Of a DNA stretch of 64,000 nucleotides, positions 24,471 through 36,881 are shown piece by piece. A program made the translations under genes and the position numbers. Origin of the DNA: Felis catus (lineage: Eukaryota); assembly GCF_018350175.1 (NCBI RefSeq), contig NC_058368.1, positions 34,784,001 to 34,848,000 on the forward strand, read 5' to 3'. Position 1 is the first letter of the stretch, and each line of letters begins with the position of its first letter. Below the pieces are notes generated by a model. It saw only the letters and a list, made by a program, of their open reading frames with translations, was not told the DNA's origin and searched no databases.

Positions 24471-24931
24471 GAACATCTCAGGTTTAAAACTCAAGATCTG
24501 AAGAATCAGGATTGTGGTCAGAAATTTGAATTCTCACCTATAGAAATATTAGAAATTAAGGGGTATAAGGTATTTGTGGAAGACTGTCAGGACCAAATCT
24601 ATAGGAATTGATGAAATAGCATGAGAAACTGTGGTCTAGCAAATTCTCCCTGAGTGAGGAAATCACTTGTCTGCATAGAACTGGCAGATATGGAAGTAAT
24701 CATGTGATGGCATAACAATGTACCCAGGTACTTGGGCTCTTGATCTAGAATGTTATCTCCTGGAATTATATTGCTAAAACAGGAACTTTCAGATCACGAT
24801 CAGTTCAGCAATGATTCATGTGTCCCTTGCAATCCCAAGCTTTGCATTCTCCTCTGAAAATTCAAATTATTTGTCACATGGTACTGCTTTAAGAGAACAG
24901 TAATGGGGAGATGAAAAGGTAAAGCATTTTC

Positions 24932-25023
24932 AATAGGTGTAATAAAGACACTAGAGAATGAAATTTTAAAAAAGAATTTTTAATAGGTGTAATAAAGACA
25001 TTAGAAAATAAAATTAAAAAAAA
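24932..25023. repeat. 50-bp-period tandem duplication
   Basis: aataggtgtaataaagaca(c/t)taga.aat.aaatt starts at 24932 and 24982. Confidence 0.85.
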
Positions 25024-25133
25024 TGCTATGAACAGGTAACCTATAGGTATAATTATGTTGGTATAAAGCAATACAAAAGAGTTTTGAGATCTTCTTATTT
25101 CCTGCATGGGGCCCTTCAAGAATGAACTAGCTG

Positions 25134-25309
25134 CAGTGATTTCAACTGTTGCCTCACAAGAGATCCAGCTGGGAAGGGGTTAAAAACACTGATGCACACA
25201 CCACACCCCAGGACAACTAAATAAGAATTTTGGGGAATGGGGTTCAGATCTTAGTGTTCTAAAGGTTATAGAGCTGATTCTAATAAACATCCAAGTTTGA
25301 AAGCCATTG
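25134..25309. mobile_element. MER5A-like hAT-Charlie element
   Basis: Ends cagtgatttcaa ... tttgaaagccattg. Internal taaaaacactgatgc, ctgattctaat and ccaagtttga. Confidence 0.75.
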
Positions 25310-26119
25310 ATTTAGGGTAATGCATAACTACAAACAGTAGAAATTTCTTCCTGGATACTATAAGAAAAACTTGCAAAACATCTCCTTTCCCTTAAAAGAA
25401 CTGAATATGAAAAATAGCTACTCCTAAAACTTATGAAGATTAACAACTAAGCCAATGTTTATTGACCTATTATAGAGTAGAATACAAACCAAAGATTCAG
25501 CTTTTCACTCATCTGAATCTATAATATCCTTTGAAACACATGCATATAAACTCTGGCACTTCTACTCCTGGGGCTATCTCACAAGTCTAAATATGACTTT
25601 TAAAGCCACTGCCTTCAAGTCCTCAAAGGAAGCTTTCTTCTCTAATTATTGATTTTCCTTGCCATCAAAAGAGTTATTCATTTTGATTAGGGGCTTAAGT
25701 GGTACCATGAATACTCTGCCTTACATTCATAGGCCATATACATCATTTATTCAACACAATATAATAGCATCTTATAAATGTCACCATATTTGCTCATACT
25801 TGTAAAACACTGATATCAAGTGTTGCATGCAGGCTTTCTTTCTCAGTGGTTTTATTATAGTCATTTTCCAATTATCTACTTCAAACACCACTTTGATTCT
25901 TTAAAGGGTCCTAAAGAGTAATTTATTAGCTTACCTAAGATTTCTGTTTGTTTGGGTTCTTTCTTCTAGCTAGAGCAGATTCTGAAAAAGAATTAATGTT
26001 ACATATCTTGAACAGTCTAATCGCTGATCAGGGAGTACAAGCTTGAAAGGAAGTCTATTTGATGCCTATCGGGAACTTTTGAAGAACCTTTACAACAAAG
26101 CCATTTGTTCCTGCATATC

Positions 26120-26290
26120 TAGGGGTTCTTTAAATGGGACCAAGAATGAACTTCAAAGGATGAATCAGCCCATTCAAAACAAATGCAATTCTGTATATGA
26201 GTATATGTACGTATGTTTTTCTGGGAAAAGAGTTAATAGTTATCAAATTATAAATGTAATACTGACACAAAATGACTTTAGTGACTTTCT
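26120..26290. mobile_element. MER103C-like hAT-Charlie element
   Basis: aggggttctt...aatgcaattctgtatatgagtatatgtacgtatgtttttctgggaaaagagttaatagttatcaaatt resembles recalled MER103C. Confidence 0.6.
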
Positions 26291-26359
26291 ATGAATATTC
26301 TAAAAGTCTCTCCGGATTCAGGTAGCTACATTTTCCTCATTTTCTATAGAAAGATTTCC

Positions 26360-26580
26360 TTTTTTAAAAAAAAAATTAACGTTTATTTATTTTTGAGAGG
26401 GAGAGAGACAGAGCTTGAACAGGGGAGGGGCAGAGAGAGAGGGAGACACAGAATCTGAAACAGGCTCTGGGCTCTGAGCTGTCAGCACAGAGCCTGACGT
26501 GGGGCTCGAACTCACGGACCACGAGATCATGATCTGAGCTAAAGTCAGACACTTAACCAATTGAGCCACCCAGGCACCCC
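26360..26580 (-). mobile_element. CanSINE (felid)
   Basis: Antisense body ending gagccacccaggcacccc. Confidence 0.95.
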
Positions 26581-26819
26581 AATGAAAGAAATATTTCAAC
26601 TGACTTTTGCTTTTAACAAAATACCACCATCCTAAATCATGGAATGTTGTAAGAAAACATAGTATATTTACTTTACAAATGTTATTAAATATGTCATGGG
26701 CATACATTACAGAGGACACATGTGAGATATATTTTCTTGACTTTCTTCTTCAGCAACTAGGTTACTTTTATTTTATTTTGTTTTGTTTTGTTTTGTTTTG
26801 TTTTGTTTTGTTTTGTTTT

Positions 26820-27334
26820 ACTCTTGTCTTTCAACTCTAAGTTTAACCTTGCGTTCTCTGCTTTGTGACACTGAGAATGATAGGCTACAAACTGCATTTC
26901 CCAGACTCTTTAGAGGCCTGGTGGAAGTTGGTAATGCAGGACAAGGAGGGAAGAAATTTCTTTCTTGCCTCTAGTTCCTGCCTCTCCCTTCCAGTAGCAA
27001 AAGACAGGTTTAGTTCCCCAGCTGCCATATTATTGCCGTATTTCCATTATCACCTCATAGATTCTCGCATCAGTCAGAGCTCTTCCATCAGAGGTACCAG
27101 TGTCAGGGGCACACATCATCCCATATCCTAATGTCTACTCCCTTGTCTTTGGTTTCCCAAGTCCTGGAGGCGGTGGCTGGTTCTTGCAGTTTCTAATATC
27201 TGTGGTACCTTAGCGTAGTCTTTTTGCTATGTCAAAGTTCCAAAACCCTGTGACCAATTTTATGTATTAAATCCTCTCTGTTACAGAAATACATAAATGG
27301 TTTCAATTTTCCCCACCCAACCATGACCGAAATA
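26820..27334 (+). mobile_element. LTR33-like ERVL solo LTR, preceded by (TTTTG)n
   Basis: ctacaaactgcatttcccagactc; ggcggtggctggttcttgcagtttctaatatctg; tgtattaaatcctctctg...aaatacataaatggtttcaattttcc...ccatgaccgaaata. Matches recalled LTR33 3' end. Confidence 0.75.
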
Positions 27335-27599
27335 TTATAAATCATATAACTTATATTTTAATCTTCAAAGAGATTAGTTAATTAAAAAAAGACTTAATTA
27401 GTATCAATTTAGAAACAAATACATCCCTTAATGTCAAAAGCTTAGAGTAGGTCAAAGGCATCCAAAGCTACATGGTGGATGAGAAAGATGAGTTTCATAT
27501 GACATCATGATCTGATTGTCCAGGGAAAAGTTTCATAAGAACACTAATGGTTGAAACCATGCAACAAAGAGTGTGAAGTATACATCAAGTGATACATGC

Positions 27600-27777
27600 C
27601 AGGATCAAAAATATAATGCATAGGGCTTAACACAAGATGAAAATGTTTGGATCCCTTGTAAAAACATTAAAAAATTGAAGATAACAGTAGCAGAGCATTA
27701 AACCAAATGTGGGGTGCTTATCAGTGTGGAGTCCTGTATGACTGCACAGATTACACACCCATTAGGAACCAGCCCTG
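27600..27777 (-). mobile_element. MER45A-like hAT-Tip100 element
   Basis: agcagagcattaaaccaa, cctgtatgactgcacag and terminal aaccagccctg match the reverse complement of MER45A. Length ~178 bp. Confidence 0.8.
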
Positions 27778-27898
27778 CCTACAAACTATTTTTTAAAGGA
27801 AGCTTGCATGAAAAAGAAAGTACCAGAGATGAATAGCTAAGCCAAGGGATAGAAGAAACTTCAATAGCTCTCACCCTAATTGTTTCATTTGTCTAAGA

Positions 27899-28108
27899 CT
27901 GGGGTGTGCAAACTCACCTGCATGGCCAAATCCAAGCCACTACCTATTTTAGTAAATAAAGTTTTATTGGCTTTATTTGTTCACAAATTTTCTATGGCTG
28001 CTCTTGTACACGAGAGCAGAGGTGAGTGGTTGTGTCAGAGACTACAAGGCCAGCAAAGCCTAAAATATTCACTTTCTGCTTCTTTCCAGAGAAGTCTGCC
28101 AACCCCTG
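27899..28108. mobile_element. MER58A-like hAT-Charlie element
   Basis: TIR-like ends ctggggtgtgcaaact / agtctgccaacccctg. Internal gtaaataaagttttattgg and gcaaagcctaaaatatt. Confidence 0.85.
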
Positions 28109-28154
28109 AAGTAGCATCAATGCATTAGAAACAAAAACAAGTTGACAATTTCTT

Positions 28155-28391
28155 GGGGCATCTGGGTGGCTCAAAAGGTTGACTGTCCAATTCGTGATTT
28201 CGGTTCAGGTCATGATCTTCTGGTTCCAAAGATGGAACCCCACAGCGGGCTCTGAGCTAACAATGCAGAGCCTGCCTGGGATTCATTCTTTCCCTTTCTT
28301 TCTCTCTGCCCCTCCCCGGTTCATACATCTGTGCACTCTCTCTGTCTCAAAATAAATAAACATTTAAAAATATGTATATTTAAAAAAAGAA
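28155..28391 (+). mobile_element. CanSINE (older)
   Basis: ggggcatctgggtggctca head. Flanking aatttctt at 28147 and 28392. Confidence 0.9.
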
Positions 28392-29832
28392 AATTTCTTT
28401 AATGTGTTCTTTTATTCTTTTACCCTTTATGTCACTAGGTAGCTGGAATACTTACCTTCCACATCTTTTTTTATAACAAAATATGTGGAGATATATATTC
28501 CAGGTCAGCCTCCAAATTTTAGATGAGTCATAATTATTAGTCAGTCTCATCTAGAAATCCCAGGAAGGCCATCACAAGCTCCGATAAGCAGTCAGCACTG
28601 TGTGGCCAGAGTAAGCATTTCAACATGAATAAAATTTAACTAAGACAATCTCAATAGCCCACAGTATCTCTGAATGAATTGTGGATGAAAAGTCACTAAT
28701 TCCCTTATTCACAGCATTTTTAGATGCCATGCTACTGAGCATGCCTGTATACCTCTTCTGCAAATGCCACATTAGCCTGGCTATCAAAGGCCAACATTTA
28801 TACTCAGTTTTTAGAAAATTCATCTAAAATAACTGGGCAATTATATAAAAACTTATCCATAAAACAAAGTAAATCTTATTACCAGCACCATACTCAGAAA
28901 TTACCAACTTTCATTTTAATGACCTCCAGATGCATTATACAATAGCAGCTCCTCATTTCAGGAAAATAGAAGTAGAATAACTATGCACTGGGGAGTTAGC
29001 TAGAGAGGCATTCCATTCTTCAAAAATACAATTTCACTTCAAGCATAAGCAGTCAGGGATGAGTTGTGAGTTTAGAACACAACATATAAAGATCACCTAA
29101 TGTTGTTTTATTTGAATTGAAGGAAACTTCAAATCAAGGCAATTGGACTTACTCTTTCCTCTGCCAAGAGTTAGGATTTTAACACATATTACATCGATCA
29201 TTTAGAAAACATACACAATGGCATTCAGTTTGGTTTTAAACTGTGAATCAGAAATACAAAATAACAACAGATGGAGAAAATAAAATTGAATTTCTTAGTA
29301 TATTGCAAACAAGCTTAAATACTGTGTTCAGCTCCCATGTGATGTGCTGTTTGGTCTGAAGGCCTGAATGTTACAAATGTTACCAGTGACTCATAGCCAA
29401 TGTCCACACGTAGCCACAAAATCCAAAGTTTGTGATAAACTCTTTTTATTTCTTCGTTTGTTTTATTTTTAATTTCTATCTACACAATTCTAACAAATTT
29501 TAAAGTTACTTCAAATCATAAAAAGAACGTTGACCAATGTGTTTTCATCATCTGGATTCTGTTACTCATCTTTTGACATGCTTTTCAAAGACAGCCCATT
29601 GTATTCATTGCAAAATATAGTGGAGGATGCCTCTCACTAAGGCCTGACAAATCCACCAGTTTATGACATCCCCAAACTCATCCTACACCAGGAAACAAAA
29701 ACAAAAACAAAAACACCAAGAGGATTTCCATAAATTTCACCATCACAATGGCACCAGGTATAGCACTTTTCATCTCTGCTGTCACACGTGTTTTCTCACT
29801 CAAACTGGACTAAACCACACTTTGATGCAGAA

Positions 29833-30180
29833 CTTTTTATCAAAGTATAACACATCCAGAAAAGCACACCAACCAGTATACAGCTCAATGAATTTCATAG
29901 TTAGAACACTTCAGTAAGCATCAACTAAAGACGCAGAATATTCTAGCATGCCCAAAGCCCCTATTGCTTTCTCTTAGTGGCACCTCCCAAGAAGTGCTAA
30001 TATCATGAATTCTATCCTCAGAAGTTACTTGTGCATCTTGTTACATTTCATCTAAATGGGATCATCCAGTATGTGCTGCTATTGTGTGTCTGTGTTCTGT
30101 TCAATATTATGCTTATGAGATTCATTCACATTGTTGCATTAATTTTAATTTTAATTTTCTAGAGAGTTACCATTATGTTA
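29833..30180 (-). mobile_element. Ancient L1 (L1ME/L1MD-like) 3' end
   Basis: aagtataacacatcca...tacagctcaatgaatttc...taaatgggatcatccagtatgt...tgagattcattcacattgttgca. Confidence 0.7.
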
Positions 30181-30865
30181 TGAATCAAAATTCTTATTAT
30201 CCTTAAAAAAAATCCTTCACTATACTATCCTATATTAGTTCCCTTTTATTGTCTTCTATTTCAGTGAACTCTTTGATATCTACTTTGTGTTATTCACTGT
30301 TCATGACATTATGAGAATAAAAAAAATTCTGTTAAAATCATTTTTGGCTTAAGGAGTTTAACATTTAATAGACGAAAACAAACAGAACTAAATCAAATGT
30401 CATATAGAATTACAGAAGCCCTTAGTAGAAGTATAAGAAACATATTTCAGGAATGCAAAAGTAAGATGTATTTATTTTGCCTCAGGAGACCACATAAAAT
30501 TTTTCTACAAAGTTGCCTTGATGGTTGAGAAAGATTGAGATAGCTAATGAAAGAATATAAGGCACTGCTGGCTGAGGACATGGCAGAAACAATGTCCTGC
30601 AAAACAAAATTGACTTTCTAAAAGTCTTACCTGCCCTTTTCATTCCATTGTTTCCCACTGCTAAACTTAATTCTTGACTCTCCTGGGAATCTTTCCCTAT
30701 CCTTCCAATTGCCATTATTCAAACAAGACTTGATTATATCAATAAAACAAAACAAATCTCTTTTATTGTAAAATGCTCATTGACATTTTTTTCTAGACCA
30801 TTTGAATTCTCACTCTTGACATTTTTTTAGCTTAATATTGAATGTGCTACATAGGATGCACTATT

Positions 30866-30886
30866 ACATATATATATGTATATATG

Positions 30887-30922
<36 letters not shown>

Positions 30923-31040
30923 TATATATATACACACACACATATATATACATATATATATACACACACATACACATACATACATATACATATATATACA
31001 CATGTATACTATACTGTATACTATTATACACATAGATACA
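30866..31040. repeat. Compound (TA)n/(CA)n microsatellite
   Basis: Directly visible; source of the I/Y/T/H-rich ORFs. Confidence 0.95.
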
Positions 31041-31045
31041 TAAAG

Positions 31046-31350
31046 TTTTGGGGAGGTATAACTGATATACAAAGATCTGCACATATTTAATATGTATCAT
31101 TTAGTGTATTCAAACATATGCAAACACTTGTGATACTATTACCAGAGGCAAATGAGAAGTTGTTCATTGTGTTTAAAATTTCAGTTATGTTAGATGAATA
31201 TTAGATGAATATAAGAATATATTAGATGAATATAAGTCAAGAGACTTGCTGTACAATATAGTGTCTATAGTCAAGAATACCATATTGTGCACTTCAAAAA
31301 TTTTTAAGGTAGATGCCATGTTAAGTGTTCTTAAACATACACACATAAAC
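31046..31350. mobile_element. Two short back-to-back old L1 3'UTR fragments (minus ~31046-31150, plus ~31155-31350)
   Basis: gaggtataactgatatacaaagatctgcacatatttaa (antisense L1 terminus), then tttcagttatg...gagacttgctgtacaatatagtgtctatagt...gtagatgccatgttaagtgttctta (L1MA-like, sense). Confidence 0.65.
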
Positions 31351-32327
31351 ACATACATACATGACACTGTTATAAATTTTGTACAATAGAATTTTGTATC
31401 TCTAGCATATATTAATTTTGCGTATTTTAAGCCATGTGTCATGTGATGCTCAAAAAATATTTGGAAAATGTTCATATTAAGGTTATAAAAAGCCTGAGTT
31501 GTTAGTTAAAAATATTAGTTTACATATTTTGCAACAGTCCATATATAACTCTTTTACCTTAATTTTTTACTTCTATGACTTCAAAGTCCAGAATTACTAA
31601 CAATCAGGTTTATTTTTAATCATATATTATTTTAAATTATGATAATGGTTGCTTCCTGTCAAGCATGCAAGTCAGATGGAAATTTTTGGAGAAAAAAAAT
31701 GGATTTGGGTGATTTGGTTTGGGTATTAAGAAAACTTGTTTGAGGAACTACTGACTTCAAAATTTATTTTCTTTTGAGAGATAGAAGAAAGTTATTCTAC
31801 ATATAAAATTAATTAAAGTATCAATTATAGTGCTATTAGTAAAGTATTTTAAAGTATGACATGGTTTTGAATATTTTGCATGCATGAATTACTTGGACAA
31901 ATATTTGATCAAATGAAAATGTTAATCTAGTCTAATTCGACTGACTCTTTTTCCCTAAATTGATTGATGGGAAAATGCATTGCTGATTTGTTAAACAATA
32001 TAAATTTATTTAGATCTGTTATATATTCAAAACAATACTATCTGCAAATGATACAGCATGAAAAAAAAATATTGTCCCTTCCATTCATCACATTATATTC
32101 TACCAAACTAAACAAAACCAGGATGAGCTTGCTCTCAGATCTTTTTCCTTATGAATTTTTGAACTAATACATAACAAAAACAGAGTGAGACCATTTGTTA
32201 TATGAAAATCACAACACATTTCATTTATTTTCTAGCAATTTTCCTGGACTATTCTGTGGGGCCACTTCTATTTCCTGGGAAAATCAGAAGTTTTACCAAT
32301 ACCAAACATGTGGATGCAAAGAAAAGA

Positions 32328-32330
<3 letters not shown>

Positions 32331-32380
<50 letters not shown>

Positions 32381-32462
32381 TATATATATACACACATATA
32401 TATATACACATATGTACACATATATGTGTACATATATATACACACATATATATGTGTACATA

Positions 32463-32500
<38 letters not shown>

Positions 32501-32510
32501 CACATATATA
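32331..32510. repeat. Compound (TA)n/(CA)n/(TG)n microsatellite
   Basis: Directly visible. Confidence 0.95.
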
Positions 32511-34170
32511 ATTAAGATAATCCAATCCAATCAATTTTAACCATGGATACTATTTTTGTGCCACATTATTGCCTTAAGGTTTTTATTGAGTGGGAGATGT
32601 CCTAGAGTCACAAATTCAAGAGTTTGATATGAGTCTATTTTTGCTTTCACTAATGATTTTTTCTTGTGTGGTAAGACTATATTTTTATCTTAAGAGTCCC
32701 ATTGGACTGGGAGTTAAGATGGTGAAGCAGCGTGGAGACCCTGAGCTTGTCTGGTGCCTGAAATGCATTCAGATCAGCACCAAACCATTTTGAAGACCTA
32801 GGAAATTCATCTGAGGATTAACATAACAATCTGCAAAATATGAGCCACGGAACTTGGCAGGTATGTGGTACAGAGAGGTGAACTGGGAGAGAGAAAAGGC
32901 ACAGAGGTTAGGGAGCTGTTTTTGCAGAGAGAGGGCAGATAAAGGAAAAGGGGGAGACTGGTGCACTGGGATCATGCAAGAAAGGCATTCCCCCAAAGTG
33001 CTGGAGAGAAAGAGAAAGAGTGAAAACACTCTCAGGGAACCGAACAAGAAATCTGTTCCCCAAAACCATGGATGGGAAGAAAGGAGAAGGTTTCAGTGCC
33101 ACAAAAATTCTATAAACAGTGGAGCATAGAATCTGAAGTTTCAGAGCTCAGTGCCTGGCAGTGCTTTAGTGAGGAAATAGGAGGAATCCCCAGGAGCAGG
33201 CAGCAGGGACTGAGGGGTCCATGTGCCACATGGGGAGAAACAATTCCCCTGCTTGGGGTACATTTGGTAGAGGCCACACACCTCTCCACAGGCAAAGGTG
33301 GACACCAGACAGCAGCCACGTTTTCTGGTATTTGGACAAAGATGACATGGTGTGGTGAAACTTGGTGCCAGCTGTGTGTTGTCGTTTGTCATAATCTCTG
33401 AACCTCTGGCACTGCATGATCGCATGAACATTTTCTGAGGCACCCGGCCATTCGTCAGCAAGTCCCTCCCCTGAGAGTAGGCACATGTCCAAGCCATGGG
33501 TCTCTGAACTGTGGGGTTCTGAAACACAAACCCATCTGAGATAAGACTCTGGAGGGAGGTGCTGCCTGGCAGGTGGACAGCTTGGACATGGACAGGAAAG
33601 AGGTGGGGAGTATACAGAAGCCTGAGACAAAGGAGGGGTGCTTGATCACAGGTTGGTGACAGTGCGAAATTCCTGTGCCAGAGACCAGGGAGCTGCACAT
33701 GTATGTGCACACATGCACACGCTCACCACACTGATCCACCACAGTAAGTATAGCAACACCACCTATGGAGAAGGGAGCTGTTACTCCAAGTCCCACCCAG
33801 CTGCACCATCCAAGCGCATCCCTTAGAAAACCAGCACAAGTCACTCCTCCTGCTTAGTGTATGGACTAGAGAAGGCTTCATAGTCTCAGTTCTAGGAGAA
33901 ACTGGATGTTATGTCATTTGGGTTTCATTCTGTTCGCTGATTCATTTATTTGTTTGTATTTTTTGCTTCTGTTTTTGCTAAATTGTTTTAATTGGTTTCT
34001 TTTTTTCTTTTGACTTTTTTTTTCTTTTCTTTTCTTCGTCTTTCTTGGATACAGAGAGAGAAAATTTTATTTTTACTTTTTACTTTATTTTTTACTTAAA
34101 AAATTTTATTCTATTTCATTTCATTCTATTTTATTATGTATATGTTTTTTAAATTAAAAAAAACTTTTTT

Positions 34171-34390
34171 GGGACACGTGGGTGGGTCAGTCAGTTAAGC
34201 AACTGATTTCGGCTCAGGTAATGATCTTGCAGTTGATGAGTTCAAGCCCTGCACCAGGTTCAGTGCTGACAGCTCAGAGCCTGGAGCCTGCTTCAGATTC
34301 TGTGTCTCCCTCTCTCTCTGCCCCTCTCCCACTCACACTCTGTCTCTCTCTGTCTCAAAAATAAATAAACACTAAACTTTAAAAAAAATT
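34171..34390 (+). mobile_element. CanSINE inserted in the L1 5'UTR
   Basis: gggacacgtgggtgggtcagtcagttaagc...gctgacagctcagagcctggagcctgc...aaaataaataaac. Confidence 0.93.
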
Positions 34391-36229
34391 TACCTTTAAA
34401 ATTTTTTTTTTCTCTATTCTACCAAGCTTTTTTCAACAAGCAGAAAAAAACACACCTAGGATCTAGCTTCCTTTATTTGATTTTTTTCTTTTGTTTTTAA
34501 TTTTTTTAATTTTTACTTTTCACTCTATTAATTATTTTCTACCTCCAAAATGACAAAACAAAGGTACTCACCCCCCCCCCACACACACACACACAAAAAG
34601 AAGAGATAGAAATGACAGCCAGGGGCTTAATCAATATAGTTATAAGCAAGACATCTGAACTAGAACTTAGAACCATAATAATAAGAACACTAAGACTGAA
34701 AAAAGCATAGTATCCCATTATGCAGAGATAAAAAATAAAATCTAGTCGGGACGAAATTAAAAATGCTATAATTGAGATGTAATCTCCACTGGATTCCACG
34801 ACAGCAAAGACGGGTGAAGCAGAGCCATGAATCAGTGATTTAGAAGACAAAATTATGGAGGATAATAAGGAGAAAAAAAGAGGGAAATAAAGGCAAGAGA
34901 TCACAAGACTAAGAGAATTCAGTGACTTATTAAAAAGGAATAAGATCTGAATCATAGGAGTCCCAGAAGACAAAGAGAGAGAAAAGGGGGCAGAAGGATT
35001 ATGTGAGCAAATTATAGCAGAAAACTTTCTTAATCTGGGGAGGGACATCGACATCAAAATCCAGAAGCACAGAGAATTCCCATTAGATGCAACAAAAACC
35101 AACCATCACCAAGGCATATCATAGTCAAATTCACAAAATACACAGACAAGGAAAGAATTGTGAAAGCAGCAAGTGAAAAAAAGTCCTTAACCTATAAGGG
35201 AAGGCAGATCAGGTTCCCAGCAGACCTATCCACAGAAACTTGGCAGGCCAGGAAGGAGTAGCAGGATATATTCAACATGTTGAATTGGAAAAAAATATGC
35301 AGCCAAGAATTCTTTATCCAGCAAGCTGTCATTCAAAATAGAAGAGATAAAGAGTTTCCCAGACAAACAAAAACTAAAGGAGTTCTTGACCAACAACCCA
35401 GCCCTGAGAGACATTTTAAGGGGGACTCTGAGTGGAGAAAAGACGAAACAAAACAAAAAAGACTAGAAAGCAACAAAGACTAAAAAGGACCAGAGAACAT
35501 CACCAGAAACACCAACTCAACAGGCAACACAATGGTGCTGAATTCATATCTTTCAGTACTCACTCTAAATGTCAACAGACTAAACACTCCAATCAGAAGC
35601 CATACGGTATCAGAATGGATAAGAAAACAAGATGCATCTATATGCTCCTCACAAGAAACTCATTTTAGACCTAAGGACATCTGCATATTGAAAGTAAGAG
35701 GATGGACAACCATCCATTATGCTAATGGTCGTCAAAAGAAAGCTGGTGTAAACACACTTATATCAGACAAAGTAGATTTTAAAATAAAGACCATAAACAG
35801 AGATAAAGAAGGGCATTATATCACAAGTAAGTGGTCTATCCATCAAGAAAATCTAACAATTATAAATATTTATGCCCCAACTGGAAAGATCCCAAATATA
35901 TAAATCAATTTATCACAAAGAAACTCATTTATAATAATTTCATAATAATAGGGGATTTCAACACTCCACTAATAGCAATGGACAGATCACCTAAGCAGAA
36001 AACCAACAAGGAAACAATGGCTTTGAATGACACACTGGATCAGATGGACTTAACAGATATATTCAGAACTTTTCATCCTAAAGCAGCAGAATACAAATTC
36101 TTCTCGAGTGCATATGGAACTTCTCCATAATAAATCACATACTGGGACACAAATCAGCCCTCAGCAAGCACAAAAAGATCAAGATCATACCTTGCATATT
36201 TTCAGACCACAAGGCTATGCAGCTCAAAA

Positions 36230-36230
<1 letters not shown>

Positions 36231-36278
<48 letters not shown>
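36231..36278. repeat. (CA)n microsatellite inside L1 ORF2
   Basis: About 24 CA units at the position of the EINHKKK codons. Confidence 0.97.
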
Positions 36279-36280
<2 letters not shown>

Positions 36281-36785
36281 TGGAAAGACCATGAATACTT
36301 GGAGATTAAAGAACATCCTACTAAAGAATGAATGGGTTAACCAAGAAATTAAAGAGTAAATTAAAAAGTATATGGAAGCCAATGAAAATGAAAACATGAC
36401 AACCCAAAACCTCTGAGATGCTATAAAGGTAGTCAAAAGAGGAAAGTGTATAGCAATCCAAGCCTTCCTCAAGAAAAAAGAAAGGTCTCAAATACACAAC
36501 ATAACCATACCCTTAAAAGAGCTGGAAAAATAACAGCAAATAAAGCCAAACCAGCAGAAGAAGGGAAATAATAAAGATTATAGCAGAAATCACTGATATC
36601 AAAATAAAACAAACAGGAGAACAGATCAATGAAACCAGGAGCTGGTTATTTGAAGGAATTACCAAAACTGATAAACCCCTAGCCAGACTAATCGAAATGA
36701 AAAAGGAAAGGACCCAAATAAAATCAACAATGAAACAGGAGTGATCACAGCCAACACCTCAGAAATACAAACAATAATAAGAGAA

Positions 36786-36881
36786 TACATACATACATAT
36801 ATATATATGTATGTATATATATATGTATATATATATATATACATACACACACAAACATACATATATAATCATATATATATA
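36786..36881. repeat. TA/CA-rich expansion inside L1 ORF2
   Basis: Interrupts the IREYY..QLYAN motif. Confidence 0.93.

Noticed and set aside
28448..28460. atacttacct: a perfect minus-strand splice donor and a match to the U1 5' end
   Set aside because: The U1 match stops at 10 nt, no convincing acceptor partner exists, and one such site in 64 kb is unremarkable.
30827..32540. Many overlapping Y/I/T/H/C/V-rich ORFs
   Set aside because: Dinucleotide microsatellite translations.
33072..33844. Long ORFs (up to 189 aa) on both strands of the L1 5'UTR; similar ones at 52294-53163
   Set aside because: GC-richer UTR sequence has fewer stops, and the ORFs are not shared between the two L1s. No support for an ORF0-like product from sequence alone.
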